DNA of 64,000 nucleotides from an uncultured Candidatus Rokubacteria bacterium (GCA_963754315.1 CAVWFS010000016.1:96001-160000), one strand, 5' to 3'. Shown: positions 50,608-60,546, counted from the stretch's first letter. Notes: a model not told the origin generated them from the letters alone. A program made the numbers and translations.

Positions 50608-51588
50608 TCACTTCGTCTCGATCTTTCCCACCCGTCGCACCCCTTCGGCCAGACGCCGGGCGTCGGCGTCGAAGAACGTGCGGAACTCCTGACCCTGCTT
50701 GAAGGTGATCGGCGTCTCCAGCTTGGTCATGGCTGCCTTGAAGTCGGGATCGGCGACCACGGCGCGCATCGCTTCCCGCAGCTTGGCGAGCACCGGCTCC
50801 GGCGTCCCCTTCGGCGCGAAGAGCCCGGCCCAGATGTAGAACTCGGCCCCCGGGTAGCCTAGCTCCTTGAAGGTCGGCACCTCGGGCAGGGCGGAGATGC
50901 GTTGATCTCCCCAGCCCGCTAGAACCCTGAGCTTGCCCGCCTTGATTTGGGGGAGGACGACAGATGGTCCGGACGCCAGCGCATCGACGTGTCCACCAAG
51001 GAGCGCAGTGACGGCAGGACCGCCGCCGGGAAACGGTACGTGCCGGAGTTTGATTCCCGCAGCCTGTTGCAGCAGTTCCATCGCCATGTGCAAGGTGCCG
51101 TAGATGCCCGACGAGCTGTAACTGATCTGGTCCGGCCGTTTGCGGGCGTCCTCGATGAACTCCCCGGCCGTCTTCCACGGGCTCTCCGTGCGCACCACCA
51201 GGATGGTGGGATCGGCCGAGATCAAGGCGATGGGCTCGAACTGGTCCACCGTGAAGGCGGGCGGCCTCCCAAACAGCTTGTCGGCCTCGGGAATGATCGA
51301 GATCGAGGACAGCGCGAGCAGCAAGGTGTAGCCGTCTGGCTTGCTGGTGGCGACGTATTGCATGCCGACAGCCCCCGCCGCGCCGGTCTTGTTGACGACC
51401 CCCACCGGGGCCTTGAGTGTCTTCTCCAGGGCGGCCGCCACCGGTCGCGCCGTGAGGTCGGCCACGCCGCCGGGCGGGAAGGGCGCCACGATGGTGATGG
51501 CGCGGTTCGGGTACGCTTCCTGGGCGGCCACCACGCCGCCCGATATGCCGAGGAGCGCCACCAACACGAGGATGATCATTGTCGTCAT
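50608..51588 (-). CDS. Bug/TctC tripartite tricarboxylate transporter substrate-binding protein (orphan)
   Basis: PFPPGGVAD..AR, NKTGAAG, PDGYT and VPTFKELG. Confidence 0.92.
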   Translation of the reverse strand: MTTMIILVLVALLGISGGVVAAQEAYPNRAITIVAPFPPGGVADLTARPVAAALEKTLKAPVGVVNKTGAAGAVGMQYVATSKPDGYTLLLALSSISIIPEADKLFGRPPAFTVDQFEPIALISADPTILVVRTESPWKTAGEFIEDARKRPDQISYSSSGIYGTLHMAMELLQQAAGIKLRHVPFPGGGPAVTALLGGHVDALASGPSVVLPQIKAGKLRVLAGWGDQRISALPEVPTFKELGYPGAEFYIWAGLFAPKGTPEPVLAKLREAMRAVVADPDFKAAMTKLETPITFKQGQEFRTFFDADARRLAEGVRRVGKIETK

Positions 51589-51683
51589 GGTGTTCCTCCC
51601 GTTCGAATCGCCGACAGCCTAGCACGCGCCCTTCGCTCAGGTCGTGCGCGCGACGTGTAGAATCCTCGCCACAGGAGGGTGCC

Positions 51684-52549
51684 ATGACGACCGAAACGCG
51701 GGGGACCACCGCGAGCAAGACCATCGCCGATCTCATCGAAGACCGTTTCGGTCTGCCGACCGACGCCGGTCGAAGCCATCCAGCCAACGAAACCGTCGAG
51801 CTGATCCTTTCCCACCGCACCCAGCGCCGCTACAAGCCCGATCCGGTACCTGACGACGTTTTGCAGATCGTGCTGGGAGCGGCGCTCTCGGCACCGTCCA
51901 AGTCAGACCTGCAGCAGGTGGCCATCATCCTCGTCAAGGATCGCGCGAAGCAGGCCACCATCGGTGGCTGGATTCCCGACATGCCGTGGATCGCCACCGC
52001 TCCGCTCTTCGCGGTGTTCTGCGGTGATCATCGGCGCATGCGGCGGGTGGCCGAGATGCGTGGCCGGCCCTTTCCCAACGACACGCTCGACATGTTCATG
52101 AACGCGGCCGTCGACGCGGGCCTGGTGCTGCAGAACTTCATCACCGCGGCGGAGGCGCTCGGGCTCGGGCTGCTGCCCCATCAGCGTGGTCCGCAACCAC
52201 GTCGAAAAGCTCGCCGAGCTGCTGGAGCTACCGGCCGGCGTGTTTCCCTGTGGCCGGGCTCTGCGTCGGCTATCCCATCCAGCGCGGCTGGATCAGCATG
52301 CGGCTGCCGCCGGCGGTCACCGTCCACACCGATCGCTACGACGACCGCGAGCTGCCTGCCCATCTGGAGGCTTACGACCGGCGGCGCGAGGCGCGCCATG
52401 CGACCCCGCGGGAGAGCCAGCGCTACGTGGAGCGGTTCGGCCACACCGAGCCCTACGGGTGGTCGGAGGACAAGGCCCGCCAGTACTCCGTCCCCGAGCG
52501 CCACAACTTCGGCCCCTTCATCCGCGGCCACGGTTTCGGGCTCGCGTAG
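51684..52549 (+). CDS. NfsA/NfrA-like nitroreductase (frameshifts near 52170 and 52245)
   Basis: HRTQRRY, APSKSDLQ and AAEALGLG, then VRN, then GLCVGYP..SMRLP..WSEDKARQ in successive frames. Confidence 0.88.
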
Positions 52550-52585
52550 CCACGCCGTTCGGCAGGCGAGCTCGAGAGAGGCCCG

Positions 52586-52610
52586 GTATGATATCGTTTA
52601 GATATCATAC
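52586..52610. promoter_or_regulatory. Operator palindrome of the TA operon
   Basis: Perfect 10-bp inverted repeat GTATGATATC-GTTTA-GATATCATAC containing TATGAT. Confidence 0.75.
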
Positions 52611-52628
52611 AGACGAGGGAGCGTTGCT

Positions 52629-52865
52629 ATGCCCGACATCCTCGTGCGCGGTCTCCGGCGGGAGACCGTCGAACGCCTGAAGCGGCGGGCCAAGACAAGC
52701 GGCCGCTCTTTGCAGCAAGAGGTCAAGACCGTCCTTGAGCGGTCTGTCAGCATGTTGACGGCGCCCGAGATGCGCCGTCTCACCCAGTCCTGGCATCGGC
52801 GCCTGGCGGGCCGCACATTTTCGGACAGCGCCGACCTTATCCGCGAGGACCGTGAGGCCCGATGA
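52629..52865 (+). CDS. FitA-like ribbon-helix-helix antitoxin
   Basis: ILVRGL..VERLKRRA..GRSLQQEV..DSADLIREDR. Confidence 0.88.
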   Translation: MPDILVRGLRRETVERLKRRAKTSGRSLQQEVKTVLERSVSMLTAPEMRRLTQSWHRRLAGRTFSDSADLIREDREAR

Positions 52866-53296
52866 CCCGAATGGTCGTGGACGCCAGCGTTGCCGTCAAA
52901 TGGTTTCTGCCGGAGCCCCTTGCGGCGGCGGCGATGGGTCTCCTCGATGCCAGATACACGCTGGCGGCCCCGGGTCTCCTCTTGATCGAGGTGGCCAATG
53001 CGCTGTGGAAGCGGTACCGTCGTCGCGAGCTCGACGCAGGCGAAGCCAGGCGGATTCTTGGTGACTTGACCCGGGCGCCCCTGGAGATTCATCCGAGCGA
53101 GCCTTTGACGGCGGCAGCGCTCGATATCGCCGTGCGGCACCACATCAGCGTTTATGACGGCCTCTACCTGGCCCTGGCGGCCGGGCACGGGTGCCAACTC
53201 GTCACCGCCGACCGGCGGCTCTATGAGATCTGTCGTGCCACTGAAATGGCGCCCTGGCTCGTTTGGGTGGGTGAGCTGCCCGGCCTGCATCGCTGA
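52862..53296 (+). CDS. vapC: VapC/PIN toxin
   Basis: VVDASVAVKW, EVANALWK, YDGLYLALA and LVTADRRL. Confidence 0.92.
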   Translation: MTRMVVDASVAVKWFLPEPLAAAAMGLLDARYTLAAPGLLLIEVANALWKRYRRRELDAGEARRILGDLTRAPLEIHPSEPLTAAALDIAVRHHISVYDGLYLALAAGHGCQLVTADRRLYEICRATEMAPWLVWVGELPGLHR

Positions 53297-53298
53297 AC

Positions 53299-53967
53299 GT
53301 GCCTATCCGAGCCATCACGCTCGTCTTCCTTCTTGCCGCCGGCTGCACATCGATCCACCTCACCGAGACATCGCGGAAAAGCGCGGCCTCGGGGTCTCTC
53401 TTCATCCGGATCCTGGTGGCGGTGACGGCGGAGGACGCGAACATGGGCCGCGCCCTGGAGAGCGAGGTCGTCGCTCGACTAGCGGACACCGGTACTCGAG
53501 GGTTCGCGGCTCACCAGTCCTTGCCGACGGGCTTGGCTGCCGATCGCGCTGCTCTCACTGCCCTTGCGGATCGCCTCGGGGCGGATGCGATCCTCGATGT
53601 CAGACTCACCCTCGACACACGCACCGAGCCGCCCTCAGTGGAGGTGACGGTCGTCCCGGCCGTCACTTTCTGGGGCAGTCCGCGCGCGGCGGGCCGCGCG
53701 CCCTACGCCTCCTACACTCGGACGGGTGGCCGACCGGTCGAGGAGGCGCGCCTGGAGGCGGACCTCCGGACTGTCAACGACCCGACACCCATCTGGTCCG
53801 CCTCCACCGGGGCTTTCTCGCAGACTGATCTGCCGCGGGCTACCCGCGACTTTGCTGACCTCGTGGTGCGTGAGCTGCGGCACCAGCGCTTGATCGCGGC
53901 TTACCCGCGCTCACAGTCACGGCCGTCCTCTTTGATGGCGATGCCCCCTTGGAGAGCCTCCATGTAG
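53299..53967 (+). CDS. Hypothetical lipoprotein
   Basis: LAAGC lipobox; GTG start 2 nt after the vapC stop. Confidence 0.6.
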   Translation: MPIRAITLVFLLAAGCTSIHLTETSRKSAASGSLFIRILVAVTAEDANMGRALESEVVARLADTGTRGFAAHQSLPTGLAADRAALTALADRLGADAILDVRLTLDTRTEPPSVEVTVVPAVTFWGSPRAAGRAPYASYTRTGGRPVEEARLEADLRTVNDPTPIWSASTGAFSQTDLPRATRDFADLVVRELRHQRLIAAYPRSQSRPSSLMAMPPWRASM

Positions 53968-54079
53968 GAGGCCACGGAGCGCGGATGGAATCCTGGGCGG
54001 GGCGAGGCGGCCGAAGGCGTACTACCATAGCGGTAAGCAATAGCGCGGCGTCGTGGACGAGTCGCGCCAGGAGGGACAC

Positions 54080-54553
54080 ATGAGCAGCTCCAAGGTGAAG
54101 GCGATTCCCGACGGTTATCACAGTGCGACTGCGTATCTGATCGTTGACGGAGCGGCCAAGGCGCTGGACTTCTACAAGCGGGTCTTTGGCGCCTCCGAGA
54201 AGATGCGGATGCCGAGCCCGGGAGGTAAGGTAGGTCACGCCGAGATCGTCATCGGCGACTCGATGATCATGCTGGCCGACGAGCACCCCGAGATGGGTGC
54301 GCGCGGCCCGCGGGCCTTCGGGGGCTCCCCGGTGAGCATGATGGTCTACGTCGAGGACGTGGACGCAACCGTCAAGACCGCGCTGGCCGCGGGTGCCAAG
54401 CTGATCCGGCCCGTGGAGGACAAATTCTACGGCGACCGGTCGGGCACCATCGAGGACCCCTTCGGCCACCACTGGCACGTCTCGACCCACAAGGAGGACG
54501 TGCCCGCCGAGGAGATGGCGCGCCGGGCCGCCGCCATGAGCCAGTCAGGGTAG
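54080..54553 (+). CDS. VOC/PhnB-like glyoxalase family protein
   Basis: IPDGYHS, HAEIVIGDS and FYGDRSG..DPFGH. Confidence 0.92.
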   Translation: MSSSKVKAIPDGYHSATAYLIVDGAAKALDFYKRVFGASEKMRMPSPGGKVGHAEIVIGDSMIMLADEHPEMGARGPRAFGGSPVSMMVYVEDVDATVKTALAAGAKLIRPVEDKFYGDRSGTIEDPFGHHWHVSTHKEDVPAEEMARRAAAMSQSG

Positions 54554-54774
54554 TTCGCGCGCCCTACGCGCCCGGCCGCGGAGTCCGAAGACCGAGAGTG
54601 TCGCAGGCGGCGGCGATCTCTGCCTTCTTGCCTCGTAAGTCTGGCGGCAAGGATGTGTCGGACAGGGTAGAGCAGTCGCCCGAGGCTGCCCGGAGAGCCT
54701 CCACCGCGGGCTGTACCATGCGCGCAGCTGCGGTCGCTGGTAGCTGATGAATAGGTGAGGAATCACGGCTCAAC

Positions 54775-54794
54775 CCATAAATATGGTAATATGG
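54775..54794. promoter_or_regulatory. Probable TA operator/promoter
   Basis: CCATA-AA-TATGG inverted repeat and tandem AATATGG just upstream of the antitoxin ATG. Confidence 0.5.
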
Positions 54795-54802
54795 AAATCC
54801 GT

Positions 54803-55048
54803 ATGAAGACGACCGTGGAGCTTCCCGACGACCTGCTGATCTCGGCCAAGAAGCGGGCGGCCGAGCTGCGATGCTCCTTGCGCACCCTCATCGAGCGCGG
54901 GTTGCGCCATGAGCTGTCGGACACGAAGCGCGATCGTCCGGGGGGAAAGCGGAGAATACGGTGGGTAACCGTGCCGGGGAAGCTGCCGCGAGGTCTCAAC
55001 GTGAGGGATCGCACGGCCATGCACGACTGGCTCCGGAGGTCCCGCTGA
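54803..55048 (+). CDS. vapB: VapB-like antitoxin
   Basis: MKTTVELPDDLL..AK..AA..SLRTLIERGLR. Confidence 0.85.
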   Translation: MKTTVELPDDLLISAKKRAAELRCSLRTLIERGLRHELSDTKRDRPGGKRRIRWVTVPGKLPRGLNVRDRTAMHDWLRRSR

Positions 55049-55473
55049 TCGCCATCGACACCAACCTGCTGATTTACGCGCACCGGGCGGGTGTTCCCGA
55101 ACACGACCCGGCCCGGCGGGCGCTGGAGCGAGCGGCCAACGACGCTGCCGGGTGGGGGTTTAGCCTGGCCAGTATCGCGGAGTTCTGGAGCGTGGTCACG
55201 CACCCGGCGGCCGCGGGCCGGGCGTCCACCCCGCGGCAGGCCGTCGCCTTCGTGGAGGCGCTCGCGGAGGCCGGCGCGCAGCTGTGGCAACCTGGTCCTG
55301 GTTTCGCCAATCGTCTGCTTCACGCGGCGGAGGAGCGCAATATCCGAGGCCGCCGCGTGTTCGATCTCCACATCGCGCTGACGGCGGCCGAGGCGGGGGC
55401 ACGGGAGATCTGGACCCACGACGACAAGTTCGTATCGGTGCCTGGCTTGCGCGTGCGTGACCCGCTCGGCTGA
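55045..55473 (+). CDS. vapC: VapC/PIN toxin
   Basis: IAIDTNLLIYAH, AEFWSVVTHP, VFDLHIA and IWTHD; apparent CTG start overlapping the antitoxin TGA. Confidence 0.9.
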   Translation: MIAIDTNLLIYAHRAGVPEHDPARRALERAANDAAGWGFSLASIAEFWSVVTHPAAAGRASTPRQAVAFVEALAEAGAQLWQPGPGFANRLLHAAEERNIRGRRVFDLHIALTAAEAGAREIWTHDDKFVSVPGLRVRDPLG

Positions 55474-55479
55474 CATCGC

Positions 55480-56079
55480 GTGTGGAGTCGGCGGGCCCTC
55501 CTTGTCGCGCTGCTGCTCGGTGTGATCGGGTTTGCCGCCGTGCCGCGTCTCCTGTCGCGGCTCGATCATCACCCGCCTCGGCCCACGACGAGCGTGGAGG
55601 TCCGGACGGCCGGCGACCTCTACGCGCACCACTTCAAGAACGCACGCCACGAGCGCATGTTCCTGGCCTCGATCGCCTTCTTCGTGACGTTCGTGGTGAT
55701 CCGAACGATCACGCACTTGATTCGCGCTGGCCGGGGACCGTTTCACGACGTGGTCACGAAGGAGGGACATGTCCACCATCTCGTCTGGGGGATTCTCCTG
55801 CTGCTCGGGGTCGGATACCTCTGGCTGCTCCAGATCGGCACCGGGGAGCCGACGGCACGCCCCTGGGCCTCCCCGCTCACCGCGCTCCTGTTCGGAGCGG
55901 CGTCGGCCCTCACCCTGGACGAGTTCGCGCTGTGGCTGACGTTTCGCGACGTCTACTGGGAGCGCGAAGGGCGGCTCAGCATTGACGCTGTTGTACTGTT
56001 CGGCTCCCTGCTCTCGATCGCCATGTGGGGCGGCACCTTTCTCAGGGATCTGGTCCGGCTGTGGGGCCGCCTGGTGTGA
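55480..56079 (+). CDS. Integral membrane protein of unknown function
   Basis: TM helices with conserved-looking HVHHLVWG and LTLDEFALWL..DVYW..GRLSID. Confidence 0.75.
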   Translation: MWSRRALLVALLLGVIGFAAVPRLLSRLDHHPPRPTTSVEVRTAGDLYAHHFKNARHERMFLASIAFFVTFVVIRTITHLIRAGRGPFHDVVTKEGHVHHLVWGILLLLGVGYLWLLQIGTGEPTARPWASPLTALLFGAASALTLDEFALWLTFRDVYWEREGRLSIDAVVLFGSLLSIAMWGGTFLRDLVRLWGRLV

Positions 56080-56097
56080 CGGCACGGTCGCTCATCG

Positions 56098-57312
56098 CTA
56101 GCGCTTCGGAGGTTTCCAGAACTGATCGACGTCCGGCACCACGTCGAACACGGTGTTCTGGTACTTGCCTCCGACCTTCTCGACGCGGCGCAAATAGGTG
56201 GGGATGACGGCGTTCTGCTTGTCGTCGAAGCGGAAGGGGCCGCCCGGCGCCTCGAAGCGCGTCCGGCGCAGGGCCTCCAGGAACCGGGGCTGATCCTCCA
56301 CATTGCCGCCAACCGCCTTCAGGGCCTCGCCGCTCGCCTTGGCGGCCAGGTACCCGAGATGGTTGTTGTAGACCGGATCCTTCTTGTACTTCCGATTGAA
56401 GGCCTGGACGAAGCGCTTGTTCTCGGGCGTGTCCACCGTGGGTGAGTAGGACATCCAGCTGACGACGCCGAGGGCTTGCTCGCCGACCGTGCGCAGGTAG
56501 CTCTCGCTCACCGTCTCGCCGAGGGCCAGCAGGGGCAGCTTCCCCTTGAGGCCGTATTCCTGCCACGCCTTGAGCCACTGGGGCGCGCTCGGGCCCCAGA
56601 GGATGGCCACCACTGCGTCCAGCTCGCCCACCTTGTTCTGAACCCGGGAGATGTAGGGGGCGACGTCCATGGCGCCGAGAGGCATCAAGACTTTCTCGGC
56701 GGACTGCCCGCCGCTCTCCATGAAGGCCTTGATGAAGCCGTCGGCCTGCTCGTGGCCGGCCACGTAGTCGAGGGCGGCCACAGCAATCCGCTTGTGGCCG
56801 AGCTTGGCCGCCACGTACCAGCCGCCGGCCGCCTCTTGCTGATAGCTACTCATCGCGCTCCGGAAGAGGGTCGGACTGGCCTTCTCGGCCGTCAGGCTGT
56901 TGGCCGTGGCCTGCGTGATGATGAGAGGCACCTTGCGCTCGTGCAGGTAGTCGCGGATGGCGACGGCCACCGCGCTCGACACGGGGCCCAGGATCAGCTG
57001 GACGCGGTCGGACTCGACGAGCTTCCTGACCTTGGTGAGCCCGACATCGGGCTTGCCCTCCGAGTCCTCCACGATCAGGCGCACCGCTCGGCCGGCCACC
57101 TGGTTGCTCATCTCGTCTTCCCAGTAGAGCTTGATCCCCTCGTTGATCTCCGATCCGTTGACGGCGAGGGGACCGGTGATGGCGTTGAGCACGCCGATCT
57201 TGATCGGATCCTTCTGGGCCTCCGCCCCGTGAACGATGCCCAGCACCAAGACGCAGGCAGCGACGACCCCGATGAGCGAATCCCAGAGCCTGAGCGTCGT
57301 CTGGTTCTTCAT
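56098..57312 (-). CDS. Branched-chain amino acid/aromatic-type ABC substrate-binding protein
   Basis: IKIGVL..TGPLA, LGPVSSAVA and DYVAG. Confidence 0.9.
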   Translation of the reverse strand: MKNQTTLRLWDSLIGVVAACVLVLGIVHGAEAQKDPIKIGVLNAITGPLAVNGSEINEGIKLYWEDEMSNQVAGRAVRLIVEDSEGKPDVGLTKVRKLVESDRVQLILGPVSSAVAVAIRDYLHERKVPLIITQATANSLTAEKASPTLFRSAMSSYQQEAAGGWYVAAKLGHKRIAVAALDYVAGHEQADGFIKAFMESGGQSAEKVLMPLGAMDVAPYISRVQNKVGELDAVVAILWGPSAPQWLKAWQEYGLKGKLPLLALGETVSESYLRTVGEQALGVVSWMSYSPTVDTPENKRFVQAFNRKYKKDPVYNNHLGYLAAKASGEALKAVGGNVEDQPRFLEALRRTRFEAPGGPFRFDDKQNAVIPTYLRRVEKVGGKYQNTVFDVVPDVDQFWKPPKR

Positions 57313-57370
57313 GGTGCCCTCCGGGCGCCGGTCACACCGGCGCGGTGTAGTGAACGAGTCGGTAGGAGCG

Positions 57371-57811
57371 TCATGGCCACGACACCGGTAGCTCGTGAAG
57401 CAGTTTCACCCACGGTAGGTGCGCGGCGACCTTTCGGTGCAGCACGCGGTCGGCGGTGATCAGCTCAACACCGAGCAGGGTTGCGGCCGACAAGAAAGCG
57501 GCGTCGTAGACGGTGAGTCCATAGCGAATGGCGTACTGGAAGGCCCCGGGTAGGAGTGAATGCCCCGGGAGCCAGTCGATCTGATCAAAAGGGAATCGCA
57601 CGATGGCGTGGTTCGCCTCTGCCTCGGTCAGCACGGCGCGCCCGACTTGCTTCCAGAGGACATTGCCGAACTCGTAGACCAGTAGCTCTGGCGCCACGAG
57701 CCGGTGGCTTCCCCGTGCCGCGGCCTCGAACAGGGCATCCGCCCGATCCGAGTCCGGCTCCTCCAGAACGGCCTTGATGGCGACGGAGGTGTCGACAACG
57801 ACCGGGGTCAC
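57371..57811 (-). CDS. vapC: VapC/PIN toxin
   Basis: VVVDTSVAIK, EFGNVLWK, YDAAFL and LITAD. Confidence 0.9.
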   Translation of the reverse strand: MTPVVVDTSVAIKAVLEEPDSDRADALFEAAARGSHRLVAPELLVYEFGNVLWKQVGRAVLTEAEANHAIVRFPFDQIDWLPGHSLLPGAFQYAIRYGLTVYDAAFLSAATLLGVELITADRVLHRKVAAHLPWVKLLHELPVSWP

Positions 57812-58065
57812 CGGTGGCGATCTTCGCGAATCAAGGCAACGCTGTCAGGAAACGTGCGGCCGGCCTTCGTCCAGCGAAGCCGCTGCCGTCTGGTCTCCTG
57901 GAGCCAGGCCGCCAGCTCTCGATTGGGCCCGGTTCGGGCAGCGAGCAGACCCAACCGAAGGACGCGGACGGCTTCTTGGCTGATGCTTCGGCCTTCGCCA
58001 GCGGCGCGCTTCTTCAACTGGTCGTACAGCGACTCGGGGATGTCACGCACATACAGCGTGGCCAT
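57808..58065 (-). CDS. FitA-like ribbon-helix-helix antitoxin
   Basis: MATLYVRDIPESLYDQLKKRAAGEGRSISQE..DSVALIREDR. Confidence 0.88.
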   Translation of the reverse strand: MATLYVRDIPESLYDQLKKRAAGEGRSISQEAVRVLRLGLLAARTGPNRELAAWLQETRRQRLRWTKAGRTFPDSVALIREDRHR

Positions 58066-58105
58066 CGGTCAGTCCTCCCCACGTAGCTTCTGAACAGAGC
58101 CATTT

Positions 58106-58140
58106 GCTTGCATGATGCAAGCGCTGCGGGAAAGAGTCAA
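58106..58140 (-). promoter_or_regulatory. Promoter and operator of the TA module
   Basis: TTGACT-N17-CATCAT; perfect inverted repeat GCTTGCAT-G-ATGCAAGC (58106-58122) over the -10. Confidence 0.65.
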
Positions 58141-58188
58141 TCTCCAGGCCGGCGCGGCCGCGCCAGAAGTCCCCGCCCCCTCACGGCC

Positions 58189-58884
58189 TCAAATTCCCAG
58201 ATACCGTGACTTGAGGGCGTGATCGGCCCTGAGGGCGTCGGGTGTGCACGCGTGAACGGTCCTGCCCTTGCTCAGCAGATACACGTAGTCTGCAGTGCGC
58301 AGGGCGAACGCGAGGTTCTGCTCGACGAGCAGGATCGACACGCCCTCGCGCCTGAGGTCACCCAGCACGCGACCCAGCTCGCGAACCAGCAAGGGCGCCA
58401 ATCCCTCGGATGGCTCGTCCATCAGAAGGATGTCGGGATTGCCGACCAGGGCCCGTCCACAGGCGAGCATCCCCTGCTCGCCGCCGGAGAGGGTGGTGCC
58501 GCGCTGACGCAGACGCCCGGCGAGCGAGGGGAAGAGGTCCAGCACCCGCGGCATGTCCCACCCGTGAGCGCGGCCGCGATCAGCGCCCACCACAAGATGC
58601 TCGCGGACATCGAGCGACGGAAACAAGCGACGTCCCTGCGGGACGAGACGTACACCCCGCCGGGCGATAGCGTGGGTGGACAGCGTGGTGATGTCCTCGC
58701 CATTCAGGATCACGCGACCGGCGCGCGGCGGCGTGAGGCCGGTGATGCCCCGCAGCAGGGTCGTCTTCCCGACCCCGTTGCGTCCCAGGACGGCGACGAT
58801 CTGCCCGGGGTGGACCATCAGCGACGCCCCCTGCACGATCAACGAGCCGCCGTACGCGACCTGCAAGTCACGGACCTCAAGCAT
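58189..58884 (-). CDS. livF: Branched-chain amino acid ABC ATPase
   Basis: GRNGVGKTT, LSGGE, DEPSEGLAP and VEQN. Confidence 0.9.
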   Translation of the reverse strand: MLEVRDLQVAYGGSLIVQGASLMVHPGQIVAVLGRNGVGKTTLLRGITGLTPPRAGRVILNGEDITTLSTHAIARRGVRLVPQGRRLFPSLDVREHLVVGADRGRAHGWDMPRVLDLFPSLAGRLRQRGTTLSGGEQGMLACGRALVGNPDILLMDEPSEGLAPLLVRELGRVLGDLRREGVSILLVEQNLAFALRTADYVYLLSKGRTVHACTPDALRADHALKSRYLGI

Positions 58885-59623
58885 CGTCGACACCCAGATA
58901 GATCTCGGCGACCCGTGAGTCTCGCTGGACCTCGTCGCGGGTGCCTTCCGCCAGAACGCGCCCCTGGTGCAACACGGTGACCCGGTCGGCCAGGGCAAGG
59001 GCGACGTCCATGTCGTGTTCGATGAGGAGCACGGTGACCTCGCGCGGGAAGCGCTGGATCATGGTGACCACGGCCGCCGTCTCCCCGGCCGAGAGCCCGG
59101 CGGTGGGCTCGTCGAGGAGGAGCGCCCGGGGCCGCCCCGCCAGCGCCAGCAGCAACTCGATCTGCCGTTGCTCGCCGTAGGAGAGCTCGCGCGTTGGGAC
59201 GTCATGCCGATCGGCGAGACCCCACTCGGTGAGCAGATGCTCCGCCTGGGGCCTGAGGTGGCGGTCAGCCTTGGTCGAAGGGAGGAACGAGAAACGGGTA
59301 GAGTTGGCCCCCTGCACGGCGAGGAGCACGCTCTCGAGCACGGTGAGACGCGGGAAGAGGGTGGTGATCTGGAAGGTGCGGCCGAGTCCGAGGCGGGCGC
59401 GGCGGTAGGGGGCGAGCGTGGTGATGTCGTGGTCGAAGAGGCGAATGGCGCCGGCCAGCGGCGCCAGAAGTCCCGTGATGAGATTGAAGAGCGTGGTCTT
59501 GCCGGCCCCGTTCGGGCCCAGGATTACGCGCCGCTCCCCGGCCTCGACCGCCAAGGTGATGCCGTCCAGCGCGCGCAGGCCGCCGAAGGCGTGGGTCAAG
59601 CGGTCCACGCTGAGCGCGGTCAC
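58877..59623 (-). CDS. livG: Branched-chain amino acid ABC ATPase
   Basis: GPNGAGKTT, LSYGE and IEHDMD. Confidence 0.9.
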   Translation of the reverse strand: MTALSVDRLTHAFGGLRALDGITLAVEAGERRVILGPNGAGKTTLFNLITGLLAPLAGAIRLFDHDITTLAPYRRARLGLGRTFQITTLFPRLTVLESVLLAVQGANSTRFSFLPSTKADRHLRPQAEHLLTEWGLADRHDVPTRELSYGEQRQIELLLALAGRPRALLLDEPTAGLSAGETAAVVTMIQRFPREVTVLLIEHDMDVALALADRVTVLHQGRVLAEGTRDEVQRDSRVAEIYLGVDDA

Positions 59624-60546
59624 GATATGTGACTCTGCCGGCGGCGCCGGAACAACCCGAGGAGGCCGGCGGGCGCGAACAGGGTCACGCCCACGTAGAT
59701 GAGGCCCAGGACGAGGAGCCAGCGCTGGGTGTGCGCGCTGATGAGGTTCTCGAGAAAGACGATGGCCCCGCTGCCCAGCGCCGGTCCGAGCACGGTGCCC
59801 GCTCCGCCCAGGATGACCATGATGAGCCCGGTAGCCGAGACCACCACGCTCAGATAGACGGGGCTCACGAAGCCGTTGTAGTAGACAAACAGGTTACCGG
59901 CCACCCCCGCCAGGGCCCCCGCGATGACGAACGCCACGTACTTGTGGGCCCACGTGTTGTACCCGAGTACCTCCATCCGCCGCTCGCTCTCCCGGATGCC
60001 GACCAGCGCGCGTCCGAAGGGCGAACGCACGAGGTACCAGAGGAAGACCGTGGTGAGGGCGAAGACGAGGAGCACGAAGTAGTAGAAGCGCACGCCGTCG
60101 GCGAGACTCCAGGGCAGGCCGGCCGCCGGGCGCGGGACGCCGGCCAGGCCATCGTCGCCGCCGGTGAACGAGCGCCAGCCGAACGCGATGCCCCAGAGAA
60201 CCTGCGCGAGGGCCAGGGTAATCATCAGCAAGTACGCTCCGCGGGTTCTCAGCGCGAGCAGCCCGAAGAGGCCGGCGGTGAGGGTGGCGGTGAGAAGGCC
60301 AGCGCCGAAATCGAGCCAGAAGTTGTCGACCTTCCTGAGGGCAAGCAATCCGACGGTGTAGGCGGCGACTCCGAAATAGGCCGCGTGGCCGAGGGAAGGC
60401 AGCCCGGCGTAGCCCAGGATCAGGTTGAGGCTCATGGCGAAGATGGCGAGGATCAGCATCTTGGTGAGGAGCCCAAGCTGGTAGGAGGTCAACGCCAGTG
60501 GCCCCAGAGCCAGCGCGAGCGCGGCCAGCCCCAGCGCGGTGCTCAT
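59620..60546 (-). CDS. livM: Branched-chain amino acid ABC permease
   Basis: SLGHAAYFG, TGGDDGL and SPFGRAL..IRE. Confidence 0.9.
   Translation of the reverse strand: MSTALGLAALALALGPLALTSYQLGLLTKMLILAIFAMSLNLILGYAGLPSLGHAAYFGVAAYTVGLLALRKVDNFWLDFGAGLLTATLTAGLFGLLALRTRGAYLLMITLALAQVLWGIAFGWRSFTGGDDGLAGVPRPAAGLPWSLADGVRFYYFVLLVFALTTVFLWYLVRSPFGRALVGIRESERRMEVLGYNTWAHKYVAFVIAGALAGVAGNLFVYYNGFVSPVYLSVVVSATGLIMVILGGAGTVLGPALGSGAIVFLENLISAHTQRWLLVLGLIYVGVTLFAPAGLLGLFRRRRQSHIS

Noticed and set aside
54545..54773. Minus-strand ORF starting MIPHLFISYQR, possibly a second TIR stub
   Set aside because: Only the FISY tetrapeptide matches and no further TIR features are seen; an HMM search would be needed
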